Part shown: piece by piece, positions 1 through 8,742 of the stretch | Position numbering within the stretch: position 1 is the stretch's first letter | Layout: each line of letters opens with the position of its first letter | From: an uncultured virus (IMG/VR IMGVR_UViG_3300028392_000061) | Lineage: Duplodnaviria; Heunggongvirae; Uroviricota; Caudoviricetes | Strand: one strand, 5' to 3' | DNA: 64,000 nucleotides | Virus record (IMG/VR): IMGVR_UViG_3300028392_000061 | Position numbers and translations under genes: made by a program | The notes under the pieces: model-generated | The model's database searches: none | The model's input: the letters and a program-made list of their open reading frames with translations, nothing else | What the model was told of the DNA's origin: nothing

Positions 1-83
1 ATCCGACCCTAATGATTCAAGAATTTCTTGATCTTCATCCATGATTCTTTTTATGTATTTATCAAATCCAGATTTTTCGTTCA

Positions 84-188
84 CTAATCTATTGTATCCC
101 AATCTTCTGGATTTTGTACACCGTATAGCATCCAAGCTTCTTGCTTGGTAATTTCAAATTCATTGTCAAAATCAGATTCAGTACTCAT
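84..188 (-). CDS. small acidic hypothetical protein (34 aa, MSTESDFDNEFEITKQEAW...)
   Basis: Read by hand; ATG at 188, TAG at 84-86, overlaps neighbours in operon fashion. Confidence 0.5.
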   Translation of the reverse strand: MSTESDFDNEFEITKQEAWMLYGVQNPEDWDTID

Positions 189-375
189 CTTTATCTATAT
201 CCTCTTCCATGCTCCACTCAAATGTAGTCCCCCACTTTAAATATTGCATAAGAAATATGTGTGAAATTTTTCCCATAATGTTACTATATGTACGTTTAAA
301 CCAATTAGGATGCTCGTGTTTGATCCAATCAATATCGTTATTTTCTTTTGACAATTTTAGGATTCCTATCTTCAA
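178..375 (-). CDS. hypothetical protein (start uncertain)
   Basis: ORF track; tightly packed with neighbours. Confidence 0.55.
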   Translation of the reverse strand: MKIGILKLSKENNDIDWIKHEHPNWFKRTYSNIMGKISHIFLMQYLKWGTTFEWSMEEDIDKDEY

Positions 376-649
376 TAAATTTTATTACTGCATCAATACC
401 TTCTGAATAAACTAAAGCATCATCCTTAGCCCACATTAAATTTCCTTCTGCATCAAATGATGAGCCTCTATATGCAAGATATTCACCTTTGTATGTTAGT
501 AGTGCATCTATAATTTGATCCCGCTCCCACCTTCTTGATTTAGCACAAGTGTTACATGGACACGGTGGTTTATTATTTATTTTATTTATAATTTGAGGAT
601 CAATATTTGTTGTTTCAATAATATATTCTTCTGCTGCTTTAATGTCCAT
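338..649 (-). CDS. hypothetical protein with CPCxxC motif
   Basis: ORF track; ATG lies 5 nt after a TACACT -10 box. Confidence 0.7.
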   Translation of the reverse strand: MDIKAAEEYIIETTNIDPQIINKINNKPPCPCNTCAKSRRWERDQIIDALLTYKGEYLAYRGSSFDAEGNLMWAKDDALVYSEGIDAVIKFIEDRNPKIVKRK

Positions 650-654
650 AGCTT

Positions 655-699
655 AGTGTATCATTTATCTTATGATTTTGTCAACATAAATGTTATAAT
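655..699. promoter_or_regulatory. divergent SigA-type promoters
   Basis: Minus: TTGACA (684-679)-18 nt-TACACT (660-655). Plus: extended -10 TGTTATAAT (691-699). Confidence 0.7.
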
Positions 700-734
700 T
701 AACTTATTACACATGCTTTACATGGAGGTCAATT

Positions 735-2078
735 GTGACCAGAAAGATTAATCTATCACTTGCTATCCTGCTATCTGTAGGATGGCTTTTTTGTATCCCC
801 GCCCATGCTGATGATCAAATTATTGGAGCACCAACTAACCTAGTTGTTATAGAAAATGATAATTCAATTACACTTTCATGGTCCGCTCCAGATACTGGTA
901 CAGTTCAACCAGAAAGATACGCAATTAGTTTTAATGTTCCAGGAAATGGTTGGGGAATTGCAACAGGCAATGTTGGCGATTCTAATGCTCTTAATACATC
1001 AATTATAATAGACAATTCTTTATTAGATAGCCTCAAACCAGCTGGAACTATTTGGACATTTAATATTAGATCAGATAATGATACATTACATTTTTATTCA
1101 GCAAACTCAAATTCAGTTGTAGCATCTACATATGTTGCACCAATAATAAAACCTTTACCACTACCCTCACCTAGTGAAACTGCAACAATAATATTGCCTA
1201 TTTCTAATCCAGAAACTATTACAACCCCAACCCCACCACCTGCTCCAGAACCAATTCCTACTCCTACACCAACAACATCGCCTAATCCAATTGTTGTTCC
1301 AGAGCCTATGCCTGCTCCAGAACCCGCTCCACAGACCGTTGTAGAGCCCACACAGCCTGCCGTAGAACCAGAGCCACCAGTTGTAGAGCCCACACAGCCT
1401 GCCGTAGAACCAGAGCCACCAGTTGTAGAGCCCACACAGCCTGCCGTAGAACCAGAGCCACCAGTTGTAGAACCAGAGCCACCAGTTGTAGAGCCCACAC
1501 AGCCTGCCGTAGAACCAGAGCCACCAGTTGTAGAGCCAGAGCCACCAGTTGTAGAGCCAGAGCCACCTTTAATAGCAGATAAAAATGCAACCGATAAAGA
1601 AAAAGCTGCTATTGCAATTGAATTAATAGCATCTCTTGATCCAGGTAAATCATTAACAAGTGAACAAATTAAAGAAGCGGGATTAAATTATTCTGATCTT
1701 CCACCAGAAACACCAGTAGATGTAAGAACTGATGAAAATGGTAATGCAGTTATTATTACTGCAGAAATAGCAGCAAACTTAGAGCTATTATCAAGCCCAG
1801 CAGATTTATTGACAGCAGCGTTTACTGATCCAAAAGCAGCATTAGCAGCACTTGGAAGCATTGGTGCTGATATGTCACCAGCAGAAAGAGAAGAAGCAAC
1901 CAAGATGGTTGTTGCAACAGTTGTAGCAACAGGCGCAGCATTAAATGCTGTAGGCGCTGCTGCAGTAACCACTGGAGGATCAACAGGAGGCTCTCGCTCA
2001 GGCGATGGTAATTCTGGTGGGTCAAGTGGTGGAGGAGCTTCTAGCGACTCCAAGGGAATAAGGAGAAGAAAGCCATGA
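735..2078 (+). CDS. surface membrane protein: signal peptide, FN3-like domain, Pro/Glu-rich stalk, C-terminal TM and Gly/basic tail
   Basis: GGAGG SD; hydrophobic N-terminus ending AHA; APTNL..ITLSWSAP FN3 pattern; VVEPEPP repeats. Confidence 0.85.
   Translation: MTRKINLSLAILLSVGWLFCIPAHADDQIIGAPTNLVVIENDNSITLSWSAPDTGTVQPERYAISFNVPGNGWGIATGNVGDSNALNTSIIIDNSLLDSLKPAGTIWTFNIRSDNDTLHFYSANSNSVVASTYVAPIIKPLPLPSPSETATIILPISNPETITTPTPPPAPEPIPTPTPTTSPNPIVVPEPMPAPEPAPQTVVEPTQPAVEPEPPVVEPTQPAVEPEPPVVEPTQPAVEPEPPVVEPEPPVVEPTQPAVEPEPPVVEPEPPVVEPEPPLIADKNATDKEKAAIAIELIASLDPGKSLTSEQIKEAGLNYSDLPPETPVDVRTDENGNAVIITAEIAANLELLSSPADLLTAAFTDPKAALAALGSIGADMSPAEREEATKMVVATVVATGAALNAVGAAAVTTGGSTGGSRSGDGNSGGSSGGGASSDSKGIRRRKP
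1338..1568 (+). repeat. coding tandem repeat: four 42-bp units and three 21-bp half units
   Basis: Unit GTTGTAGAGCCCACACAGCCTGCCGTAGAACCAGAGCCACCA at 1338, 1380, 1422, 1485; half units at 1464, 1527, 1548. Confidence 0.95.
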
Positions 2079-2248
2079 TAAAGAAAATAATGCAAGACAT
2101 GATTGATCAATTATGGACACTTTTAGGTATGTTTATTGCCTGGGTAGTCCTTGATGGATCCGCAAAAACGGTAGTAGGTTATGCAATTATATGTACATTA
2201 ATTGCATGGGCAATTACATATCCAATCAGAAATAAAGGAGACGAATAG
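2075..2248 (+). CDS. small two-TM membrane protein (57 aa, MIKKIMQDMIDQLWTLLGMFIAWVVLDG...)
   Basis: Read by hand; ATGA overlap with upstream stop, AGGAG SD, two hydrophobic stretches. Confidence 0.75.
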   Translation: MIKKIMQDMIDQLWTLLGMFIAWVVLDGSAKTVVGYAIICTLIAWAITYPIRNKGDE

Positions 2249-2249
2249 T

Positions 2250-2546
2250 ATGAACGGTGTAAAAAATATTAAAAACATAGCACTACGCATTATTGCAGTT
2301 TTTGCTGCAAATGGTTTAGCAGTTATAGGAGCAGGAGCAATTGCTGGTATTTCAACAGTTAAAGCAGTAACTATTGCAGGATTAACTGCAGTTGCAGCAG
2401 TAATTGAAAAGCTTGCTCGTGGTTTTATGGATGATGGTAAATTAACCATAGATGAAATAAACTCTGCATTTTCAACAATTGATGCAGCAGAACCATCTGT
2501 TGCAGATGTTGAAGTTGAAACACGTAGAGCAAAAGCAAAAAATTAA
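2250..2546 (+). CDS. membrane protein with DDGKLTIDEIN EF-hand-like loop (holin-like)
   Basis: AAAGGAG SD before ATG 2250; two hydrophobic segments. Confidence 0.75.
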   Translation: MNGVKNIKNIALRIIAVFAANGLAVIGAGAIAGISTVKAVTIAGLTAVAAVIEKLARGFMDDGKLTIDEINSAFSTIDAAEPSVADVEVETRRAKAKN

Positions 2547-2554
2547 ATATAAAT

Positions 2555-2589
2555 AAAAAAGGCTATAGCATAACGCTATAGCCTTTTTT
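2555..2589. terminator. bidirectional intrinsic terminator
   Basis: AAAAAAGGCTATAGC-ATAAC-GCTATAGCCTTTTTT between convergent genes. Confidence 0.9.
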
Positions 2590-2601
2590 TATTGTTAATA
2601 A

Positions 2602-2838
2602 TTATTCTGGTAGGACTAATTTTGTTTGAACTTGTTCTGCCTTGATCATCATGTGATCATTAAAAGCTTCCATAAATCTATTAATAACAAATATAGCGTC
2701 ACTTGCTGCATTTTGTGCTGCTTCAAGTTCTTGCTCTTCTGTAAATCTATCATCAATTGCCCATTGTTCTAGCAATTCTCTTGCTACCTCTGTTGCAATA
2801 TCTTCTAATTCATTCATTGACAATGGAATGTCAGCCAT
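2602..2838 (-). CDS. acidic hypothetical protein
   Basis: AAAGGAG SD before ATG 2838 (MADIPL). Confidence 0.75.
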   Translation of the reverse strand: MADIPLSMNELEDIATEVARELLEQWAIDDRFTEEQELEAAQNAASDAIFVINRFMEAFNDHMMIKAEQVQTKLVLPE

Positions 2839-2861
2839 AATATCTCCTTTAATAAACCAAA

Positions 2862-2890
2862 AGGGACAGGACAATTAAGTTCCCGTCCCT
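2862..2890 (-). terminator. intrinsic terminator
   Basis: AGGGACGGGAAC-TTAATT-GTCCTGTCCCT followed by T run. Confidence 0.7.
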
Positions 2891-2904
2891 CAAGGTGAGT
2901 TTAA

Positions 2905-3990
2905 TTACTTCTTTAGTGCAACCTTAGCCTTTGGATGAGCCTTGTTCCACTTTGTAGCAAGAGCGTTATACTCTGCCTTGTAAGTTGCTGCTGCTGCATC
3001 TGATGCTGCTTTTGCGGAAGTTGCTGCAACTCCAGCTTTTGCTACATCATCAAGTGCTGCATTCTTTTCAGCAACATATTGTGCTGCAAGAGCCTTTGCA
3101 TCTGCAAGTGCCTTATCTGCTGCAACCTTGTCTGCTGCACGTGCAGCCTTTTCTGTTGCTAATGCTGCGTTTGCAATTGACAATTCAGAAACCTTTGATG
3201 CAAGTTCTCCTGCAAGGTCACGAACTGCCACGCTTGCAACTACAGAACCAATTGGCGCTGAAAGGCCAGTTACTGCTGTTGCCACTGTTGCATATGCTGT
3301 AACTACAACTGAACCTGAAGCAGGAAGTGTAACTGTTTGCTCCTTGGTTCCAAGTGTTGATACTGCTGTATCTGTTGTAAGTGCTGTTGCAATTGCTGCA
3401 CCATTTGAACTTACTAGAGTATTAATTGTTGCGCCACCCTTTAGGTTTCCAAATACATCGTATCCCGCTACCTTTAGTGTTGCAATTGTTCCCGCTGCTC
3501 CAGATGCTGGTGCTGTTAGGGCAATTGAATTCAAAGCACCTGCGGTACCTTGTACATAATATACTGTTGTGTTACCAGCAATTGTTACTGATACTGAGCC
3601 AACTGAAGTTGTTTTAGTATAAACATAAAACTCTGCTGTTGTTCCAGTGCCTGTTGAAACTGAAAGTGATGCTGAGCCTGATGTTGAAGTAACTGGTGCT
3701 GACACTGTTGCAAGTGCTGGCACGATTGTTGCATTTGATGCGCTTGCAGATACTACTGTACCTGTGTCAAGCCCTGTCAATGCAAACTTAAGTGCATCTG
3801 CTAGGTCAACAGAATTATCTGCTGGAACTGGCAATGCAATTGCTGTTGCAGAAGTTGCTCCTGATGTTGAAGCAGCTGATCCATTAACAGTTAGTGTTGT
3901 TGCAACTGCAGCCGAAGCTGAAATTGTTGAAAGTGCACCAAATGCTACAACTGTAGCAAGTACTGCACTAATCTTTTGGAACTTATTCAT
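2905..3990 (-). CDS. secreted/surface protein, Ig-like beta domains with Ala-rich coiled-coil C-terminus
   Basis: Signal peptide ending ASA; Thr/Ala/Val-rich; DVFGN motif; AGGAG SD. Confidence 0.8.
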   Translation of the reverse strand: MNKFQKISAVLATVVAFGALSTISASAAVATTLTVNGSAASTSGATSATAIALPVPADNSVDLADALKFALTGLDTGTVVSASASNATIVPALATVSAPVTSTSGSASLSVSTGTGTTAEFYVYTKTTSVGSVSVTIAGNTTVYYVQGTAGALNSIALTAPASGAAGTIATLKVAGYDVFGNLKGGATINTLVSSNGAAIATALTTDTAVSTLGTKEQTVTLPASGSVVVTAYATVATAVTGLSAPIGSVVASVAVRDLAGELASKVSELSIANAALATEKAARAADKVAADKALADAKALAAQYVAEKNAALDDVAKAGVAATSAKAASDAAAATYKAEYNALATKWNKAHPKAKVALKK

Positions 3991-4040
3991 TTTTCTCCTA
4001 TAGTTTAGTTTATCCCTGATCAGGATTATCGTAACGGATG

Positions 4041-4586
4041 TTACGAATTCTTGTTTATTTTCTTGGTTTGTTTTACAATCTGAAATGGTCCAGATGTATA
4101 TATATCATTGTGAGCAGCAATCTCTAAAGATTTCTCTACAGATGCTCCCGCAAATAATGCTCCTATGGCATACTTTGAGCCGTTTCCAACCCCATATATG
4201 CCATCATCATTTAATAATACACTAAAGTCATCGCCTATGTCAAATAATTCTCCATCAAAGGCTATAAGCATACTAAATCCAGAGTCTTCTTTAGGATCCG
4301 CTTTATACCCATTATCCTCCAAGCATTCCCTCATAGCTGGAACAAACTTGGTAATCATAAACTTATACATATTTTTTCTTTCTGCAACAGTTGGCACTGG
4401 AGGAATAAATATGTGTTGTAAAATATCGCATGGTGTAGAATCACCGCTACCTGCAATTAAATAACCATTGTTTTTGGTAATCTTTTCCATGGTTAAACTA
4501 TTATTAGGTCTATCTTCATCACTAACCTGTGAGTCTGCCCCAAGAGTTACCGTTCCATTTTTGCATACGCCAACAATAGTTGTCAT
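4041..4586 (-). CDS. HslV/proteasome beta-subunit-like Ntn protease
   Basis: N-terminal MTTIVG (catalytic Thr), ADSQ, KI, GxGS-like GNGSKYAIGAL. Confidence 0.85.
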   Translation of the reverse strand: MTTIVGVCKNGTVTLGADSQVSDEDRPNNSLTMEKITKNNGYLIAGSGDSTPCDILQHIFIPPVPTVAERKNMYKFMITKFVPAMRECLEDNGYKADPKEDSGFSMLIAFDGELFDIGDDFSVLLNDDGIYGVGNGSKYAIGALFAGASVEKSLEIAAHNDIYTSGPFQIVKQTKKINKNS

Positions 4587-4599
4587 GATTTATCCTTAA

Positions 4600-5148
4600 T
4601 TAGTTGTTAGAATCAACGGGGGCTTTTGCATCCGAAGGGGTTATATACTTATTATACGCTAAAACCCAGTTTGTGGCAATAGCCTTTTGAGCGTCTGCAA
4701 GTTTAACATCTCCTGAACAAACAAGTTTCTTTAATTTAGTTTCAATTACATCTTTTTTACGGGCACCATTTCCCGCATAAGGCTCAGGCCATAGATTTTT
4801 TGGATCTGTAGGATTTCCACCCAATTGCAAACTAATAAGATGATCTTCTTCATATAAAGATAAGTCTTCACCAAATGCTGTTACATATTTTTTGTAATCA
4901 CCAGATAACTGTGCTATTTTAAGTTTGTTTGTGTATGTAGTCGTTGGACGAATAGTTGCTGTCCAACCTGATTTACAAATATTATCTTTAATATTTTCTT
5001 GAGTAACATCTTTATTAATTGATCCAGGTGTCACTTTTTTTGTTGGCAATAACCAATCAGAGGAAAGCTTTTTGGTTGCTGCAAGTGCAGAAGCACTTAT
5101 CATTGTAAAGGCTAGTACTACCGCAAGTATAATCTTTTTACGCTGCAT
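4600..5148 (-). CDS. secreted protein with HNH-like motif
   Basis: Signal peptide ending ALA; EEDHLISLQLGG...NLWPEP motif. Confidence 0.7.
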   Translation of the reverse strand: MQRKKIILAVVLAFTMISASALAATKKLSSDWLLPTKKVTPGSINKDVTQENIKDNICKSGWTATIRPTTTYTNKLKIAQLSGDYKKYVTAFGEDLSLYEEDHLISLQLGGNPTDPKNLWPEPYAGNGARKKDVIETKLKKLVCSGDVKLADAQKAIATNWVLAYNKYITPSDAKAPVDSNN

Positions 5149-5446
5149 TATTTTTTCCTAACTCGTTAAGAATAGCATCTGAAGTTTTGCCCATAATTTT
5201 TTTATTAACAATTCCATGATTCATTTCAAAAACTTGGGGGATGCTTTGAATACCATATTGATTGATATATTCAGATCCAATATTATCTACATCAACTACG
5301 TAATATGGAGTATCTTTATCAATTACCGCTGCTTTAGCAAATTGTGGCTTTAAAGCTTTGCATGGCTGACACCATGAAGCAGTAAATGCAACTACAGCAT
5401 TATCTTGATCAATAATTTCTTGCATGTCATCACTAATTTTCAACAT
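5138..5446 (-). CDS. trxA: thioredoxin
   Basis: FTASWCQPCK active site; YGIQSIP cis-Pro loop. Confidence 0.92.
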   Translation of the reverse strand: MLKISDDMQEIIDQDNAVVAFTASWCQPCKALKPQFAKAAVIDKDTPYYVVDVDNIGSEYINQYGIQSIPQVFEMNHGIVNKKIMGKTSDAILNELGKNNAA

Positions 5447-5458
5447 TTTTTCTTCTTT

Positions 5459-5689
5459 CTAGGCAATTAATTCTTCTGCATTAATAACTTTGCCCACGTA
5501 TCTTCGTTTAATAATATAATCTCTTACTGAATCAACACCATTTTGTCTGCCACTCAAAATAATTACCCATCTGGGCTCAAATTTATCATCTATGCAGGTC
5601 TGACACATTAAAAGTGTTATTCCATTAATTATATCGGACTTTTTAGGGTTAAGCTGATTTTTTTGTTTTCCACAACTAAAACATTGCAT
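5459..5689 (-). CDS. zinc-finger hypothetical protein
   Basis: CxxC...CxxC. Confidence 0.75.
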   Translation of the reverse strand: MQCFSCGKQKNQLNPKKSDIINGITLLMCQTCIDDKFEPRWVIILSGRQNGVDSVRDYIIKRRYVGKVINAEELIA

Positions 5690-5934
5690 TATAAATCTTC
5701 TTCCATTTCTTGATCTTCGTAGTATTCATCATCATAAATTAAGCCAAATTCGTCAACAATAATGAAATCCTGATTATCAACTTCAATGTGATAGCCAACC
5801 CCATTATCAAAATATTCTACTATAGAATAAAAACTATTTTGCGCTATAAGCGTCCCGTAAAGATCTTCATCTGGTATATAAACAGATGTAACAGTTCTTT
5901 CAGGTATTTCTTCGTTGTCTTCGTGCTTGCTCAT
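5689..5934 (-). CDS. acidic hypothetical protein
   Basis: ORF track; operon packing. Confidence 0.7.
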   Translation of the reverse strand: MSKHEDNEEIPERTVTSVYIPDEDLYGTLIAQNSFYSIVEYFDNGVGYHIEVDNQDFIIVDEFGLIYDDEYYEDQEMEEDL

Positions 5935-6178
5935 CAGTATATTTCATCCCCTCTATTTCACATGGTGTTCCATAAGACATGATTAATTGTCTAATTAAAA
6001 GAAGATAATCCATTACAGCGCCCCGCTGATTTTCACTATATTCCATAATATTAGATTCATACACAGTTAAAGCAAGATAATTTGGTCTTGCTCTAACATC
6101 TAAGATGAGGCCTTTAACAGGAACTTTAACATCCCTAATTTTTTTTGCCATATCAATTGTGTACGATATTTTTACCAT
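5900..6178 (-). CDS. hypothetical protein
   Basis: ORF track; operon packing. Confidence 0.7.
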   Translation of the reverse strand: MVKISYTIDMAKKIRDVKVPVKGLILDVRARPNYLALTVYESNIMEYSENQRGAVMDYLLLIRQLIMSYGTPCEIEGMKYTDEQARRQRRNT

Positions 6179-6479
6179 GTGCCTTTTTTAACTGCTTCCA
6201 TATCTCAAGATCTTTATGTGAATTATGTTGTTTGTCTGGTCTTCCAAGATCCATATAGACCCCGCCCCAAACGCCCTTTTCTTTATTTGCCACGCCTTGT
6301 GCGTGACACATTTTAATTACAGGACAATGCAAACATACTTGATCAGCTTGTTTAGCTAATTCTTTATCTGTTTCATAAACATCGTAAAACCAATCAATTG
6401 GCATACCTTTGCATGCTGCTAAATGATACCATTTAACATCTTGCTCGTCTAAGCCTAGTTGACTAAATAAATCTGGCAT
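6153..6479 (-). CDS. whiB: WhiB-family Fe-S transcription factor
   Basis: AAC...CLHCPVIKMC...GVWGG. Confidence 0.93.
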   Translation of the reverse strand: MPDLFSQLGLDEQDVKWYHLAACKGMPIDWFYDVYETDKELAKQADQVCLHCPVIKMCHAQGVANKEKGVWGGVYMDLGRPDKQHNSHKDLEIWKQLKKAHGKNIVHN

Positions 6480-6693
6480 ATTTATCGCTTAATTCCCATG
6501 TGCCAGAGGAAGTGACTTCATATTTTGAGGAATAACCCCATTGATTATTACGAAACATGCCATTTTTTTGCATATAACCATTAGAGCCTGGTGTCCATTT
6601 TACAATGGTATAACCATCCCAGAAGAAGCCATTCTTCTTATTCTTGCTTACAAAATTGTGTGCTTTATTATAATCTAATACTATCTTTGTCAT
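6463..6693 (-). CDS. hypothetical protein
   Basis: ORF track; operon packing. Confidence 0.7.
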   Translation of the reverse strand: MTKIVLDYNKAHNFVSKNKKNGFFWDGYTIVKWTPGSNGYMQKNGMFRNNQWGYSSKYEVTSSGTWELSDKYARFI

Positions 6694-6998
6694 TAGATAC
6701 TGCTTTCTTTTCCAAATAAATGACGCCAGTTAATAAAGTAGTATTTACTTCCTGAAGCATCTGTTACTTCAGTGGCGTTACTTTCATTATATATTACTAC
6801 ATCCCCGAATGTCAAAGGTATTTCATGTTTATTTCCTGCGTTATCGTAATCTCCTGTACCAACAGCAATTACTTTTCCACGCTTTAATTCGCTATCAAGA
6901 ACTGATGCAGATAGTACAAGTCCAGAGGCTGTCTTTCTATCTGCTTGTTCAATTTCTTCAATTAGAAGCAAGCTTCCAAAAGGCTCAATATCTGTCAT
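6693..6998 (-). CDS. groES: co-chaperonin GroES (Cpn10)
   Basis: KTASGLVL mobile loop, GKVIAVGTG, GDVVIY. Confidence 0.92.
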   Translation of the reverse strand: MTDIEPFGSLLLIEEIEQADRKTASGLVLSASVLDSELKRGKVIAVGTGDYDNAGNKHEIPLTFGDVVIYNESNATEVTDASGSKYYFINWRHLFGKESSI

Positions 6999-7032
6999 TT
7001 TATTCCTTTTATAGTAGTTATGTTATTAATCT

Positions 7033-7062
7033 ATTGTATCAGTTTATACACGCTTGTGTCAA
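7033..7062 (-). promoter_or_regulatory. SigA-type promoter for groES-whiB operon
   Basis: TTGACA-18 nt-TACAAT with TG extension. Confidence 0.8.
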
Positions 7063-7064
7063 GC

Positions 7065-7433
7065 TTATTCTTTAATATATCTGTGTGAAATTCCATATAC
7101 TTCTAGTAATTTTAAACATGATCTATTTCTTGAGCTGTCCCCAAAAACAAGAGCAAAATCGGGATTAGATTCTATTAATGAAACATCAGATAATGATGAT
7201 TTATCTCTAACTAATTCTTCTTTGATATTAAAACCTTTTTGTCTAAGAAACTTCTCTGTTTTTCCTATATATTCGGTTACCATATTTTCGGCACCCCGCA
7301 TTCCTGTATGAACAAAAATATACTCTGTATCATCAGGATAGAAATGTTTTCTATCATCAATTAAAACGGTAAGTTGACGAATCAGATCGTTATAATCCGT
7401 CCAATCTTTACTTCCAAAAACCAATACTCTCAT
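7065..7433 (-). CDS. SLOG/DUF2493-like protein
   Basis: MRVLVFGSKDWTD...VHTGMRGAE pattern; SD before ATG 7433. Confidence 0.7.
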   Translation of the reverse strand: MRVLVFGSKDWTDYNDLIRQLTVLIDDRKHFYPDDTEYIFVHTGMRGAENMVTEYIGKTEKFLRQKGFNIKEELVRDKSSLSDVSLIESNPDFALVFGDSSRNRSCLKLLEVYGISHRYIKE

Positions 7434-7449
7434 TTTTTCCTTTCTAAAA

Positions 7450-7480
7450 TGAAAAAGAACGGGGTTACCGTCCTTTTTCA
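7450..7480 (-). terminator. intrinsic terminator-like hairpin
   Basis: TGAAAAAGGACGG-TAAC-CCCGTTCTTTTTCA. Confidence 0.65.
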
Positions 7481-7503
7481 TATATATACGTATATATAAT
7501 TAA

Positions 7504-8127
7504 TTACTTACGTGGTGCAAATGCTCCGCCCCAAAGTGACTTCTTCATTTCTGCTTTCTCGTCATCTGGTGTTGCTGCGCCGTCTGCATCAGCTACTTTA
7601 CCCATGCAATCGCACAAGTTCATAGACTTGCCGCAATCAGCACATGTTTCTGCCTTTGTAATTTCATCTGCCTTAGCTACTGGAAGTGCTTGTCCGCACT
7701 CCTTGCATGTTGCAGCCTTTTCAATCTCTACATTATCAGGTGTATTTACTTCATTTGTTTTAGATGGAGCAATTGCTGTATCTGCAGCACTATCAAGTGT
7801 TTCTTGATCAGGAACAATTGCATCATTATTTGGTGCTGCTGCTACTGAAACCCCATCTGTTGGACGAGTCTCTTGATTAATTAGTGGACCCCCTGTTGCA
7901 TTTGGGAAAGATTTTGTTACCGCAATATCTCCCTGTGGATCTGGTTCTGTTGTGTTTGACACTATACTACCTCCTATATTTGAATTTGTATTTGTGTTAG
8001 AATTTCCTCTAACGTAATTTTCTACAGATCTTTCATCTCGTTCCTCGTTAGCCGAAGATGAAGTACCAATAGCTTTAATTAAATCCTTTACTTCGTCAAA
8101 AAATTTTTTGAAATCTGATGATTCCAT
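7504..8127 (-). CDS. hypothetical protein with CxxC modules and scaffold-like C-terminal KSLWGGAF; probable internal GTG start at 7962
   Basis: ORF track; in-frame AGGAGG-7 nt-GTG. Confidence 0.8.
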   Translation of the reverse strand: MESSDFKKFFDEVKDLIKAIGTSSSANEERDERSVENYVRGNSNTNTNSNIGGSIVSNTTEPDPQGDIAVTKSFPNATGGPLINQETRPTDGVSVAAAPNNDAIVPDQETLDSAADTAIAPSKTNEVNTPDNVEIEKAATCKECGQALPVAKADEITKAETCADCGKSMNLCDCMGKVADADGAATPDDEKAEMKKSLWGGAFAPRK

Positions 8128-8130
8128 TTT

Positions 8131-8367
8131 TTACTTTGATCCAGCCTCTGTTGTTGTAATGTTGCCACCAGCATATTGTGGTGTTGTCATTGAAACATCT
8201 TTGCCTGTGAAAGGAGTTCCTGTATTCATTGTACTTGGGTCGTTTACTCCAATATTAGTAACTGATGGGGCTGCAAGTGTATTTCCTGAGCCTGCTTGTT
8301 CTGTTACTGGAGTTGCTGCTGCTGGTTGTTCTGTTCCTGCACCAGCTACTTGTTGGTTATTATCCAT
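8131..8367 (-). CDS. low-complexity Thr/Ala/Gly-rich protein
   Basis: AAGGCGGTGA SD; GGTATAAT -10 upstream. Confidence 0.75.
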   Translation of the reverse strand: MDNNQQVAGAGTEQPAAATPVTEQAGSGNTLAAPSVTNIGVNDPSTMNTGTPFTGKDVSMTTPQYAGGNITTTEAGSK

Positions 8368-8397
8368 TTAAATCACCGCCTTGTCTATTATTATACC

Positions 8398-8739
8398 TTA
8401 AAACTCTTCTTCTTCGTAATCATTATTATTAAAGTCATCCATGTTAAATCCAGCATCCTCTAAAGCTTGTTTTCCTTCTTGGGATACTGACATTTCAGCG
8501 TTAAGATCTTCATCATAACTTATTTCAATAAGTCCTTTTTTATACAAATCAATAAGAACTTGATCCATATCATCCATAAATACTTGATGCAGCTCGGGAA
8601 GAACTTCTTCTAATACATCCATATCAAACTTGTAAATTGGCTCTCCATCTTCATCAATCCCGTCAAGAATTGCAGCGCCTTCTTCAATAAGACGCTCCAT
8701 TACTTCACGATGTTCTTCGTTTGAAGGATCGTATTCCAT
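8398..8739 (-). CDS. very acidic hypothetical protein
   Basis: ORF track. Confidence 0.75.
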   Translation of the reverse strand: MEYDPSNEEHREVMERLIEEGAAILDGIDEDGEPIYKFDMDVLEEVLPELHQVFMDDMDQVLIDLYKKGLIEISYDEDLNAEMSVSQEGKQALEDAGFNMDDFNNNDYEEEEF

Positions 8740-8742
8740 TTT

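Noticed and set aside
1338..1568. Repeat as CRISPR array
   Set aside because: In-frame tandem coding units with no unique spacers.
1094..2449. Minus-strand ORFs 1094-1498, 1306-1590, 1688-2110, 1822-2025, 2198-2449
   Set aside because: Antisense shadows of the plus-strand membrane operon and its repeat.
4012..4045. Short palindromes CCTGATCAGG and CGTAAC/GTTACG
   Set aside because: Too short and not seen elsewhere; indistinguishable from chance.
2985..4464. Plus-strand ORFs opposite minus-strand genes (same pattern throughout the window)
   Set aside because: Shadows of well-supported genes, with no SD or recognisable motifs.
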